A stretch of 64,000 nt of DNA, taken from an uncultured Trueperaceae bacterium (GTDB taxonomy: Bacteria > Deinococcota > Deinococci > Deinococcales > Trueperaceae). Within the stretch, counting starts at the first letter, position 1; each line of letters starts with the position of its first letter. Positions 30,840 through 39,691 of this stretch are shown here, one piece after another. The notes under the pieces were generated by a model that had not been told where the DNA came from, made no database searches, and was given only the letters and a program-made list of their open reading frames with translations. The DNA is taken from assembly GCA_963799485.1 (NCBI GenBank), contig CAWCXJ010000009.1, positions 64,001-128,000 on the forward strand. Direction: 5' to 3'. The position numbers and the translations under genes are program-made.

Positions 30840-31536
30840 TCACGCTTCGGTTCGGGGGGCGGTTCGGCGCTGGGACTCGACCCTGACCAGCTTCAGGTAG
30901 GCCGCCATTTGCAAGCCGACGAGGCCCAGGGTGAGCGCTAGAAACGGCCAGCGAAACCAGTTGGGGTCGGCGGGTACGTTGCGGTGGAACGAAGCGGTGT
31001 AGTGCATGAAGAGAAAGTAAGCGGTGTGCAGCGCGACAAGGTAAAACACGGTGTAGCTGCTCAACTGCAAAAACTTCCAACCTCTGCCCCCGAGCTTGCG
31101 CGTGGCCCAGTCGGTCGAGGTCGCCATCAAGAGCAGCGTAATGATCATGGCCACCAAGCCCCAGCAGGTTCGACAGACCGAAGCCGGGCTCGAGCCTGAC
31201 CCAACGATCCAACTGAGGGACGAAGTCGTAGCCCAGAAAGCGTAAAACGCTCCAGCGTGCCCAGCCGTTTAGAACCAGCACAGTGTGGAGCAGCGCCAAG
31301 ATTCCGAACCACACGCCGAGTTCACGGCGGTAAGGTAGTAAGCGCTGCACCGCCTGCGGCCACAGTTTGGAGACCGGGCCGAGGGTGAGAGCGAGAAACA
31401 GCAGAATAAGACTGCCGTCGCCCACGGCGCGCCAGAAACGCATTTCCGGGTCCCATTGCGGCCGCGACAGCCAAAAAACAAGGCTGAGCAGCAAGCCCAG
31501 CGCGGCGACCGGCAGGTTTTTCCGGAAGCGCACCAT
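30840..31536 (-). pseudogene. Ferric-reductase-like transmembrane (MsrQ-like) protein with a +1 frameshift
   Basis: RRELGVW..LH in the 5' frame and ATS.D...LG..WK.LQ..Y..LH in the 3' frame. Removing one base from CCCC at 31159-31162 restores a ~231-aa ORF. Confidence 0.75.
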
Positions 31537-31557
31537 AGCCCCAACATAAACCCCGTC

Positions 31558-31603
31558 TGTAAAGACACGATAAAGAGACCCACGACTTTATGTGCACTTT
31601 ACA
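31558..31603. promoter_or_regulatory. Inverted pair of 11-bp-spaced TAAAG direct repeats (OmpR/PhoB-type operator candidate)
   Basis: TAAAG at 31560 and 31571, CTTTA at 31586 and 31597, just upstream of the TATGTT-N6-ATG promoter of the MsrQ-like gene. Confidence 0.55.
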
Positions 31604-31649
31604 AACCTGCCGTAACTTGGAACTTCGTGGGCGGGTGCAGTTCTCACGC

Positions 31650-31832
31650 AGACAGTTTCTCAAGGTTAAGCGTATTACCCTTGGTGAGGAGATCATCGCA
31701 AGAGCAGGCGGCGAACCTGTCGCCAAACTCAGTCCGCCGGCACGGCACCTAAGCGCGTACGACAAAGGGGTAAGGGTTACAGACGGCTTCTTCGATCCTC
31801 TACCTCCTGCGATTCCGAACGCCTTCGAGTAG
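31650..31832 (+). pseudogene. Degenerate Phd/YefM-type antitoxin remnant
   Basis: KRI.LGEEII.RAG.EPVAKL.P and DKG.RV.DGFFDPLP...AFE. N-terminus is scrambled and no toxin follows. Confidence 0.55.
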
Positions 31833-31935
31833 ATTGCCGAATACCTCTTTGAAGATAGCGCGCCGTGCCCCTGCTTGGAGAGCGAAGGTGGCCTGATAAA
31901 CGCGTTTTTTCGTGAGGGTGGCAAAAAAGCTTTCG
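31833..31935 (-). mobile_element. IS3-family integrase core fragment
   Basis: ESFFATL.K..VY...F....AR.AIF..EVF matches the rve_3-type motif. Confidence 0.6.
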
Positions 31936-31938
31936 ATG

Positions 31939-33249
31939 TTAAACAGACAGGCTAACGCGGACCGTGTTCCCAGCCTGAGCGCCAACCTCCGGGACACCGA
32001 ACTCCAAGGTACCGCCGTGCGCCCTCACCACCGACCGGATCACCCGCAAGCCCAGACCGTCCACCGCGTTTTCCGGCAGGCCCGCACCGGAATCTTCGAC
32101 CTCGAGGTACACCTGCTCTTGTGAGATTCCACACCGAAGCTTAATCTTTCCCTTCGGCGTGTGCCTGATGGCGTTGACCAGGAGGTTATTGAGCGCCTGC
32201 TCGAGCAGGCGCGGGTCCGCCCTGACCGGCGCTGCTTCGGTTTCCAGCACCAGCTCGTGTGCGGTCTCTAGGGCCAGGGGCTGAAAGCGGTCATAAGCCG
32301 CACTCACCAGCTCAGCAAGGTCTAAAGCTTCAGCCCGTACCTCGTTGGACTCGGCGCGGGAGAGGGCTAGGAGGTTTTGCGCAAAGGTCTCCAGCCGGAG
32401 CGCCTCGCGGTGAAGCTGCGCGAACCGCCCCGCTGAGGCGCGACGCTCCGGCCCCGGCCCCACGGGCATCTCCTGTTGCCTCGCCAACTCCAGACTCGCG
32501 CGCAGCGCTGAGATAGGGGTGCGCAGCTCATGCGCTGCGTAGGCAAAAAACCGCCGCTCGCGCTCCTGGTCGATTTTAAGTCGGTTCAGGAGCACGGCGA
32601 AACTCCGGGCAAGCGTCGCTGCCTCGTCATTTCCGCTGAGCTCGAGCGGCTCGCGAGTAGTGCTAAAGTCGCGGATGGCTTGAGCTAAGTGCTCGAGCGG
32701 ACGAAGCGCCGCACCCACCACAAACCAGGCTAAAGCACCGGCAAAAAACGTTAGCGCCACACTCAGGGCGGCGGCTATAAAGATGTATGGGCGCAGGGTC
32801 GCATGTAGCGCCGTAAGCCGGCGGCCCACCTGAACCGTGATGCCGTCACGGGCCAAGGTATTGACGCGCCACGACCCCACCGTGCGCGTGCCGCTACCTA
32901 CAAGCAGCCCCTCAGGGTCGAGCAGCTCGGGCGTGTTAAGCAGCGCTCCCTCCCAGACCAGCTGCCCCTGGGTATAGACCTGCGCCGCACTGATCCCACT
33001 GCTACGTATCAGGTAGCTCTCGACCACTGGCGGCACCTCGCGCTGTGGAGCTGTCAGCGTCGCCTCGGCAATTACCTGAGTCAGCAGCTTGTTGTCTTCA
33101 TCGATACCAGTTAGGCGAAAACGCACGAGCGCCCAGTAGGTAAGGCTAAAGCCGAGCACAAGCCCGAACAGGGTCAACCCTGCGGCGATGAGCACCATTT
33201 TGGTACGCAAGTTCACGGTTCTTTGCGTTTTAGCCTGGTCTTTTTGCAC
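31939..33249 (-). CDS. Sensor histidine kinase (HAMP-HisKA-HATPase)
   Basis: Two TMs, AHELRTP, NLLVNAIRH, VEDSGAG and GLGL. Confidence 0.9.
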   Translation of the reverse strand: MQKDQAKTQRTVNLRTKMVLIAAGLTLFGLVLGFSLTYWALVRFRLTGIDEDNKLLTQVIAEATLTAPQREVPPVVESYLIRSSGISAAQVYTQGQLVWEGALLNTPELLDPEGLLVGSGTRTVGSWRVNTLARDGITVQVGRRLTALHATLRPYIFIAAALSVALTFFAGALAWFVVGAALRPLEHLAQAIRDFSTTREPLELSGNDEAATLARSFAVLLNRLKIDQERERRFFAYAAHELRTPISALRASLELARQQEMPVGPGPERRASAGRFAQLHREALRLETFAQNLLALSRAESNEVRAEALDLAELVSAAYDRFQPLALETAHELVLETEAAPVRADPRLLEQALNNLLVNAIRHTPKGKIKLRCGISQEQVYLEVEDSGAGLPENAVDGLGLRVIRSVVRAHGGTLEFGVPEVGAQAGNTVRVSLSV

Positions 33250-33268
33250 CTATTTGCACCCTGGCAGT

Positions 33269-33925
33269 TTAGCCGGGAAAGCGGTAGCCAAGGCCGCGCA
33301 CCGTTTCTACTACCCCGCTCGCTACCTTGGCGCGCAGATTCTTGACGTACACGTCTACCAAGTTCGAAGCGGCGTCAAAGCCGGCACCCCAGATCCGCTC
33401 GAGCACTTCATCTCTGGAAAATACCCGTCCGGGGTTGAGCATAAACAGCTCTAACACCTCGTACTCCTTGGCGGTAAGCCGCAGCAGCGCCCCCTCTAAA
33501 CGCACCTCGCGGCTTTCGCTCTGCAGCTCGACGCCCCTCCAACTCACCGTACGCGCACGCATCTCGCCGCGACGGTAGAGCGCTTTAAGTCGGGCGATAA
33601 CTTCAGCGAGGGCAAACGGCTTGGAGAGGAAGTCGTCGCCGAACTCGAGCCCCCGAACGCGGTCGGGGAGCGCCTCACGGGCGGTCAGAAAGAGAATCGG
33701 CTGGCGGAAACTGACCTCACGTAGCTCCTGGGCCAGCTTGTAACCGGCCTCCTCACCCTCGGGCAAGCTTACATCGAGCAAGATCAGATCGAACGGCTGT
33801 TCCCACAACACAGCCCAGGCTGCCTCTGCCGAAGGTGCTATAACCGGACTAAAACCGTTGGTGCCGAGGCTTTCGCAGAGTGTTTGAGCAATCGAAACCT
33901 CGTCTTCAATGATGAGAAGGCGCAT
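33269..33925 (-). CDS. OmpR/PhoB family response regulator
   Basis: LLIIEDE, LLDVSLP, FLTAR, KPF, LTAKEYEVL and ETVRGLGY. Leaderless ATG 7 nt after TATACT. Confidence 0.93.
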   Translation of the reverse strand: MRLLIIEDEVSIAQTLCESLGTNGFSPVIAPSAEAAWAVLWEQPFDLILLDVSLPEGEEAGYKLAQELREVSFRQPILFLTAREALPDRVRGLEFGDDFLSKPFALAEVIARLKALYRRGEMRARTVSWRGVELQSESREVRLEGALLRLTAKEYEVLELFMLNPGRVFSRDEVLERIWGAGFDAASNLVDVYVKNLRAKVASGVVETVRGLGYRFPG

Positions 33926-34256
33926 CTCGCCCAGTATAACGCCATGCTCATCCAGCGTAGGTGCAGATGAGTTCTGATGCTGCTCGTCGGGCCTACACCG
34001 ACGTGAAGGATACCTGTCCACGAGAGAGAGTATGCCGACAAAGTAAACCGAATATGAAAGGTGGCTAGAGGATTTCACCCTTTGTGAGTACCAGCTCACT
34101 ACGGGGACAAAAGTTCGCGACAGGCGCTTGGGGAAAGTTCAGCTGATGAACTTGAGTCGTGCCGCTTGACCCTCGGTTTGCGCGTTACTCCAGAGCTCCA
34201 AAGCCGAGCGCACTGCTTTATAGTCTTGCTCTAAGTACACGACAATTTACAAAAAG

Positions 34257-34535
34257 GAGTTCTCCCTGAAGAATGTTTAGTGCGTAGGCAAACAAAGGAG
34301 AACTCAGATGAAGCATAACGGCTTAGCCAAAGCGTTGAAAGAGGTCGGCATCAACTTACCTAGGTCGAGACTAAACTTTCTAAGTATGCTGCTCATGGGC
34401 ATTGTCGAAGCCGGGACGGTCAATCTCGAGACAGTAGTAGAAACCATGCAAAGCCGGGCTCAACAGGCTTCTGTGTATAGACGGGCACAGCGGTTCTTCG
34501 CCGAGCTAGCGCTTGACGAAACGTTGTTTACGAGT
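34257..34535 (+). mobile_element. IS4-family transposase 5' remnant with RBS-sequestering hairpin
   Basis: RL.FL..L..GI...TVNL...S.YRR.QRFF motif. The gagttctcc (34257) / ggagaactc (34297) inverted repeat covers the RBS. Truncated after about 75 codons. Confidence 0.7.
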
Positions 34536-34749
34536 TTGGTAGCTCTTAAAACCCGGTTCACTCAGCAGCTCGATGTCGTCGCGGTAACGGAAGGTGGTCG
34601 CCGGCGTCCCCCGAGGGTTCAGACACAAGACTGCCCGGAACGTGTTCCAACACCCAAAAGTCCGAATTTACGTTGTTGCCTTCGACCTGATGGGCGGTGG
34701 TAGCGGTTCCCCAGCGGAAACCTTCGGGGAAGGCGAGGGTTTTAGAGAT
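34536..34749 (-). pseudogene. Glycoside hydrolase family 1 N-terminal remnant (not in ORF track)
   Basis: Hand translation gives AFPEGFRWGTATTAHQVEGNNVNSDFW..EPSGDAGDH, a frameshift, then RYRDDIELL. AAGGAG RBS is present but the start codon reads ATC. Confidence 0.85.
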
Positions 34750-35105
34750 AGCGACTCCTTTTGGTCAAGCGTACTTGTTGGTCAGGTGTACCCGAGTTCC
34801 GCACGGCTCTACGGGGCCACCTGCGGGCGGACAAGGGCTGAATACCGATTTGCAACCGCCGACCTCGTAGGGTGCTCTAGGGTGTTTGAAATTTGCGGTA
34901 AAGAGGCGCAACCAACAGACCAATGGGTCACCAGCGTGGCGCGCCCTGATGCTCACGTTTCCCGGCGGGGTAAAGGGCTAGACTTTGGAGCGCGTGGACG
35001 GTTTCCGGCGCGCTTCGGGCGGGGCCGCGCCGCACGCCACCTGAGACAATTTTGCCAGGGTGAAGGCGTTTTACGAGGACCGACCACGGCTCAGGAGGTT
35101 TTACG

Positions 35106-35768
35106 GTGGCTCTAAGGGTGATCGGGGCCGGTTTCGGTCGCACGGGTACGGCGTCGTTAAAGGGTGCGCTCGAGGAACTCGGCTTTAGTAAGTGCTATCA
35201 CATGCAAGAGGTCTTCCGTAACCCCGGACACGCTCCTATCTGGCAAGCTGCTGCTGAAGGTAAAGCAGTCGATTGGGGCGCGCTCTTTGCGGACTACGAG
35301 GCAACTGTCGACTGGCCGGGTTGCACGTTTTACAAAGAGCTTACGGAACGCTATCCCGACGCCAAGGTGCTCTTAAACGTCCGCGACCCCGAGGCGTGGT
35401 ACAAGAGCGCGTCAGATACTATCTACCGCGTGAGTCGCCCCGGTTTTCCCAAGTCGCTTGTGCCGGTATTCGTTCCGCCTCTGAGACGTTTTGTCCGGAT
35501 GACTAAAACCTTGATTTGGCAAAACACTTTCGACAACCGCTTCGAGGATAAAGCCTACGCCCTAAAAGTTTTCAACGACCATATCGCCGAGGTCAAGGCG
35601 GTCGTGCCCGCAGAGAAACTCTTGGTTTACGAGGTCAAAGAGGGCTGGGAACCGCTCTGCGCATTTTTAGAGGTGCCGGTGCCGGACAAACCTTTTCCGA
35701 GACTCAACGACTCGGCTGCGTTTAACCGTCAGGTCGGGCCGGGGATTTTCAGACGGCGGCGTCCGTGA
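35106..35768 (+). CDS. Sulfotransferase-like P-loop protein (Sulfotransfer_4 type)
   Basis: VIGAGFGRTGT.SL..AL..LG...YHM, DWP, RDPE.WY.S and GWEPLC.FL..FPR.N. Confidence 0.9.
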   Translation: MALRVIGAGFGRTGTASLKGALEELGFSKCYHMQEVFRNPGHAPIWQAAAEGKAVDWGALFADYEATVDWPGCTFYKELTERYPDAKVLLNVRDPEAWYKSASDTIYRVSRPGFPKSLVPVFVPPLRRFVRMTKTLIWQNTFDNRFEDKAYALKVFNDHIAEVKAVVPAEKLLVYEVKEGWEPLCAFLEVPVPDKPFPRLNDSAAFNRQVGPGIFRRRRP

Positions 35769-35771
35769 CTT

Positions 35772-35823
35772 TCTGCGTGAAACCAAGTCAACCCGCCTCT
35801 GCGTGAAACCAAGTCAACCCGCC
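35772..35823. repeat. Perfect 26-bp tandem duplication
   Basis: tctgcgtgaaaccaagtcaacccgcc repeated twice. Confidence 0.95.
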
Positions 35824-35873
35824 AAAGTAGACAAACCCAGCGCAAATGTGATACACCTACAGTCGTGAAACCC

Positions 35874-35927
35874 ATGACCACCAGCTTTTATACTGTCTTT
35901 TACGCTGTGGGGTATTGGCTCGGATAA
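35874..35927 (+). CDS. Aromatic-amino-acid leader peptide MTTSFYTVFYAVGYWLG (in-frame GTG at 35865 is an alternative start)
   Basis: 6 of 17 codons are Phe/Tyr/Trp. Lies upstream of DAHP synthase and is followed by attenuator hairpins. Confidence 0.85.
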   Translation: MTTSFYTVFYAVGYWLG

Positions 35928-35959
35928 ACCCGGGAGGACGCCACGTGTTTAAGATTGGC

Positions 35960-35989
35960 TGCGCCCGGAACCACCGGGCGCATTTTTTT
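35960..35989 (+). terminator. Attenuator terminator upstream of DAHP synthase
   Basis: tgcgcccgg-aacca-ccgggcgca followed by T7. Confidence 0.85.
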
Positions 35990-36033
35990 GGCCTGTTCGC
36001 GTAAAAGTTGGTATCAGGGTCTAAAGGAGAATT

Positions 36034-37107
36034 ATGAAGCGCGTCGAAAACCTTAACGTTTCCCGAATTGAACCGCTGAGCCCGCCGGAGGTGCTCAAAA
36101 AGGCGCTGCCTGCGTCCGAACGGGTCAACCAAACCGTGTCTGAAGGGCGCGCCGCGATTCGCCGGGTGCTGCACAAAGAAGACTCCCGGCTACTGGTGAT
36201 TGCGGGGCCGTGTTCGGTGCATGATGCGGGGCTGGCACTCGAGTACGCCCGCCGCCTTGTTACGCTGCAAGAGCGCTATAAAGACCGGCTTTTGATCGCT
36301 ATGCGCGTCTACTTCGACAAACCGCGCACGACGGTCGGCTGGCGCGGCTTTATGAACGACCCGGAAATCGACGGGTCGAACAGCCTCGAGCTGGGGCTTA
36401 AAAAGACCCGCGAACTGCTCCTAAAGGTCAACGAACTCGGGCTGGCGGTGGCAACCGAAATCCTAGACCCGTTTATTCCGCAGTACCTCTCAGACTTGCT
36501 CGCTTGGGGCGCAATCGGCGCGCGCACGACCGAATCGCAAACACACCGGGCAATGGTCAGTGGGCTTTCGGTTCCGGTCGGGTTCAAAAACAGCACCGAG
36601 GGCAACATTCAGCTTGCCGTCGACGCGGTGGCCTCTTCGGGGCAACCGCACACCTTTCTAGGCATCGACCAGTCGGGGCAAGCCGCCGTCGTCTACACCA
36701 AAGGCAATCCCGACTGTCACATGATTTTGCGCGGTGGGCGCGCCGGCCCGAACTACGCGGCTCCCTTTGCTGCCGAAGCGGGCGAACGACTCCGCAAAGC
36801 AGGGCTCAACCCGGCTTTAATCGTAGACTGTAGCCACCACAACTCCGGCTACGACTTCCGCGAGCAGGGGGCAGTGTGGGAGAGTGTATTGGCGCAGCGC
36901 GCCGCGGGGAACGGCGACTTGGTGGGGATGATGCTCGAGAGCAACCTCGCCGAAGGCAAACAGGCAATTCCAGCAGACCTGAAAGATTTGCAGTACGGTG
37001 TTTCGCTCACCGATTCGTGTGTCGGCTGGGAAGCGACCGCAGAGCTTTTAGCGGAAGCCTACAACACGCGCCAACGTTCCGGCGAAACGGTTTTGTCCGG
37101 ACGCTAA
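36034..37107 (+). CDS. DAHP synthase, class I (AroF/G/H type)
   Basis: GPCSVHD, MRVYFDKPRTTVGW, IGARTTESQ.HR, FKN, DCSH.N, MLES and TDSC motifs. Confidence 0.96.
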   Translation: MKRVENLNVSRIEPLSPPEVLKKALPASERVNQTVSEGRAAIRRVLHKEDSRLLVIAGPCSVHDAGLALEYARRLVTLQERYKDRLLIAMRVYFDKPRTTVGWRGFMNDPEIDGSNSLELGLKKTRELLLKVNELGLAVATEILDPFIPQYLSDLLAWGAIGARTTESQTHRAMVSGLSVPVGFKNSTEGNIQLAVDAVASSGQPHTFLGIDQSGQAAVVYTKGNPDCHMILRGGRAGPNYAAPFAAEAGERLRKAGLNPALIVDCSHHNSGYDFREQGAVWESVLAQRAAGNGDLVGMMLESNLAEGKQAIPADLKDLQYGVSLTDSCVGWEATAELLAEAYNTRQRSGETVLSGR

Positions 37108-37281
37108 ACAGTCTAGTAAGTGCGGGGTTTTTATATCGGGCTAAAGCTTGTCCCAGCACCTCTGAAGCAAGTTCTGATTACACGTCCACCGCAGAATTTA
37201 AGCGTTGTGGATGTACGCTTTGACAACGCGAGGCACATTCGCTTTACACCGGTTTTCAGGGTAGCCTGAAGGTCTGAGCTT

Positions 37282-37806
37282 ATGACCAAAGCTAATCCCA
37301 ACTTTTCGCAATTCCGCCTGGGTACACCCTTGAACCTGCCTAGCGGCGGACAGGTTTCTTATACCGAACTCAAAGAGAGCGGTTTGCAAGAGCATTACCT
37401 CCGCATCGTGCACGACCTGGCGGGCCGGGACAAGCTGAGCCGTGAACAAATCAGCAGCTTTATAACGCGTGCAGCCTCGAGCGATAGGCGTGAGCAGCAG
37501 GCGGTGAGAAATGAACTCGAGTCCCTGCGTACCCCGCCCGCCAAGGTCGTCACGCTCCCACCGCCCAAACCCACTACGCGCGGCGGACAGAACAGTCGCC
37601 GCAAAGCTGAGAAGATGTTCGAGCTGGTCTCTTCGGGCGACCACAAGCAGGCCGTAAAACTCGCCCAAAGTTACGGTTTGCGTCCTGTTAGCGTACCGGA
37701 GCAGGCGCTGCGTCCGGGGCAATCGCCCGAGGCGCACAGGGTGCGGGCGCTAGGGGCGGTAGCGAGTAAGCTGATTACGAGTGGGCTGTGGAAGACGGTC
37801 AAGTAG
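37282..37806 (+). CDS. Hypothetical basic protein
   Basis: 174-aa ORF with an ATG start; no recognised motif. Confidence 0.55.
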   Translation: MTKANPNFSQFRLGTPLNLPSGGQVSYTELKESGLQEHYLRIVHDLAGRDKLSREQISSFITRAASSDRREQQAVRNELESLRTPPAKVVTLPPPKPTTRGGQNSRRKAEKMFELVSSGDHKQAVKLAQSYGLRPVSVPEQALRPGQSPEAHRVRALGAVASKLITSGLWKTVK

Positions 37807-38185
37807 TCAATGTCAGCTACGCAGTAACTCAAGGGTTGTGAGTTGCTAAGCTTCAAGAAAGGCGCTATGGTTAGCAGGTACTTTCTGTAACCGGCTTAGT
37901 GATTTTGGCTTATACCTTTGTTCTAACCGGGACAACCATCTTTCCTCTCAGCAGCGCGTTCTTTACAATAATGAGTTTATGATGATGAGAGGATGGAAAA
38001 CCATTAAAAAAAGTTTTAGAAGCAAATTGGTTTACATCGTTACTCCAGCTTGCAACACTTATTCTGACTGCTGGAAATATGGTTGTTACAGACTCAGGAG
38101 TTAGCGTCGGCTCTTGGTTTTTTTATTAGAAAGCCCTCTGCGTTTGGAGAATAGTTGCTTCGCAAGCGCCTAGGTGTTTACCCGG

Positions 38186-39589
38186 TCACTGCGCCCCTAA
38201 TCGCCTCGCCTCCGCCGCAAAAAACCGGTAGGTGGTGTTGTCGGGCTCGAGCTCCAACGCCTTCTCATACGCCGCTGCCGCCTCCCCGTAACGCCCGCCT
38301 TCAAACGCCAAGCGCCCGAGCCAGCCCCACGCGTCGGCGTAGTTGGGGGCTTCGTTCGTCGCAGTCTCGAAAGCCTGCTGCGCGGCCTCTGGGTCGGCTT
38401 GCTGATACGCCCGGACGCCTTCGTCGAAAGCCTGCACCGCACCCTCACCGATGGCCTGCTGCGCGCGGGCGGTCTCGAGGAAATACTTGGCTCCGGCGTC
38501 GTCCGGGTTGAGCGCCACGACGCGTTCCCAGTATGGTACGGCCCGCGCCGCCTGTCCCGACTCTTGCAGACTCCGCGCCGCCCAGCTCGCGGCTGCCGGG
38601 TACTCCGGGTTGGCCTTGCTCGCCGCAACGAAACGCTCCGCTGCGGCCCGCACCTCGCCCCGGTTGTAGAGGTCTTGTCCGGCGTAAAATGCGCGTCCTG
38701 CCGCCGTACCCCACTGCTCTTGCGCTTCGGTCAGCGTCAGATAGTAGGCTGCCGATTGAGCTTCCGGATTGCGTTCTAAAAGCGCTTGCCAAAACCGTTT
38801 GGCGACGCGCGGACGGCCCAGCTCGAGCGCCACCCGTCCGGCCCAACTTGCCGCCTCGTCAAAGTTGGGGTTGGCGTCTGCAGCGCGGGTAAACGCGTCC
38901 AGCGCAGCGGCCTTTCGGCCTGCGTTGTAGGCAGCCAGACCCTCGTTAAAAGCCCCGGTCGAATCTGCGCCGAAAGTAAGCTGCTGCTGACTCTGCGCCA
39001 GGTAGTAGCGGGCGGTTTTGTCGCCGGGCTTAAGCGTCAAGACGCGTTGCCAGTAGCTTTCGGCTTTTTGGGATTCACCTCGCTCGAGCGCGATACGGCC
39101 CAGCCACGTGATGGCCTCGAGGTTTTCCGGGTCGAGTTCTACCAGCCGCTCAAAAACAGTTGCCGCCGTGTCCAGGTCTCCGGCAGTGTAGCGGGCGTAA
39201 CCGAGTTCGCGTCCTGCCTCATTTAGAGCACCCAACGCCGCGTCGTCAAGCGCCCCGCCCGCTGTCAGATATGCGTTCCAGAGCTGCCACGCGCGCGCGT
39301 CCCACGACAAGGTGCTGTAGGTTTCGGCTAAAAAGCGCAGCACCGTCAGGTTTTCCGGGTCTGCGACCCTGGCCTCCTCACCGAGGTCGACGGCTTCTCG
39401 CCACCTGGGTTGGTCGGGTGTAGGGAGTGCGCCGCTCGTGCGCGCCTCCGCCGCTGCCGCTTGCGCCTGCGCCAGCAGAGAAGCCTGCGGCTGCGTCACG
39501 GGTACCGAGGTCGGTGAGACCGGGGTAACGACGACCTGCGCCGACACCACGCCCCAGCCCAAACTCAAAACGATTACCCAACCCTTCAC
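38186..39589 (-). CDS. Exported tetratricopeptide-repeat protein
   Basis: Signal peptide and repeated W.GR.A.E.G....A..W..VL.L.P units. Confidence 0.88.
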   Translation of the reverse strand: MKGWVIVLSLGWGVVSAQVVVTPVSPTSVPVTQPQASLLAQAQAAAAEARTSGALPTPDQPRWREAVDLGEEARVADPENLTVLRFLAETYSTLSWDARAWQLWNAYLTAGGALDDAALGALNEAGRELGYARYTAGDLDTAATVFERLVELDPENLEAITWLGRIALERGESQKAESYWQRVLTLKPGDKTARYYLAQSQQQLTFGADSTGAFNEGLAAYNAGRKAAALDAFTRAADANPNFDEAASWAGRVALELGRPRVAKRFWQALLERNPEAQSAAYYLTLTEAQEQWGTAAGRAFYAGQDLYNRGEVRAAAERFVAASKANPEYPAAASWAARSLQESGQAARAVPYWERVVALNPDDAGAKYFLETARAQQAIGEGAVQAFDEGVRAYQQADPEAAQQAFETATNEAPNYADAWGWLGRLAFEGGRYGEAAAAYEKALELEPDNTTYRFFAAEARRLGAQ

Positions 39590-39691
39590 AAAACCAGTTT
39601 ACCGCCCGCGCCTTAGCACCGGGTTAATAAAAGCACCGGTTGATACACTTGCCAACGCGGCTTCCGCGCCGGGGCTGCTACACTTGACACT

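Noticed and set aside
34594..35115. 173-aa plus-strand ORF
   Set aside because: It overlaps the GH1 pseudogene on the opposite strand and has no recognisable features.
35772..35823. 26-bp repeat as a possible CRISPR array
   Set aside because: There are only two directly adjacent copies, with no spacer and no cas genes in the window.
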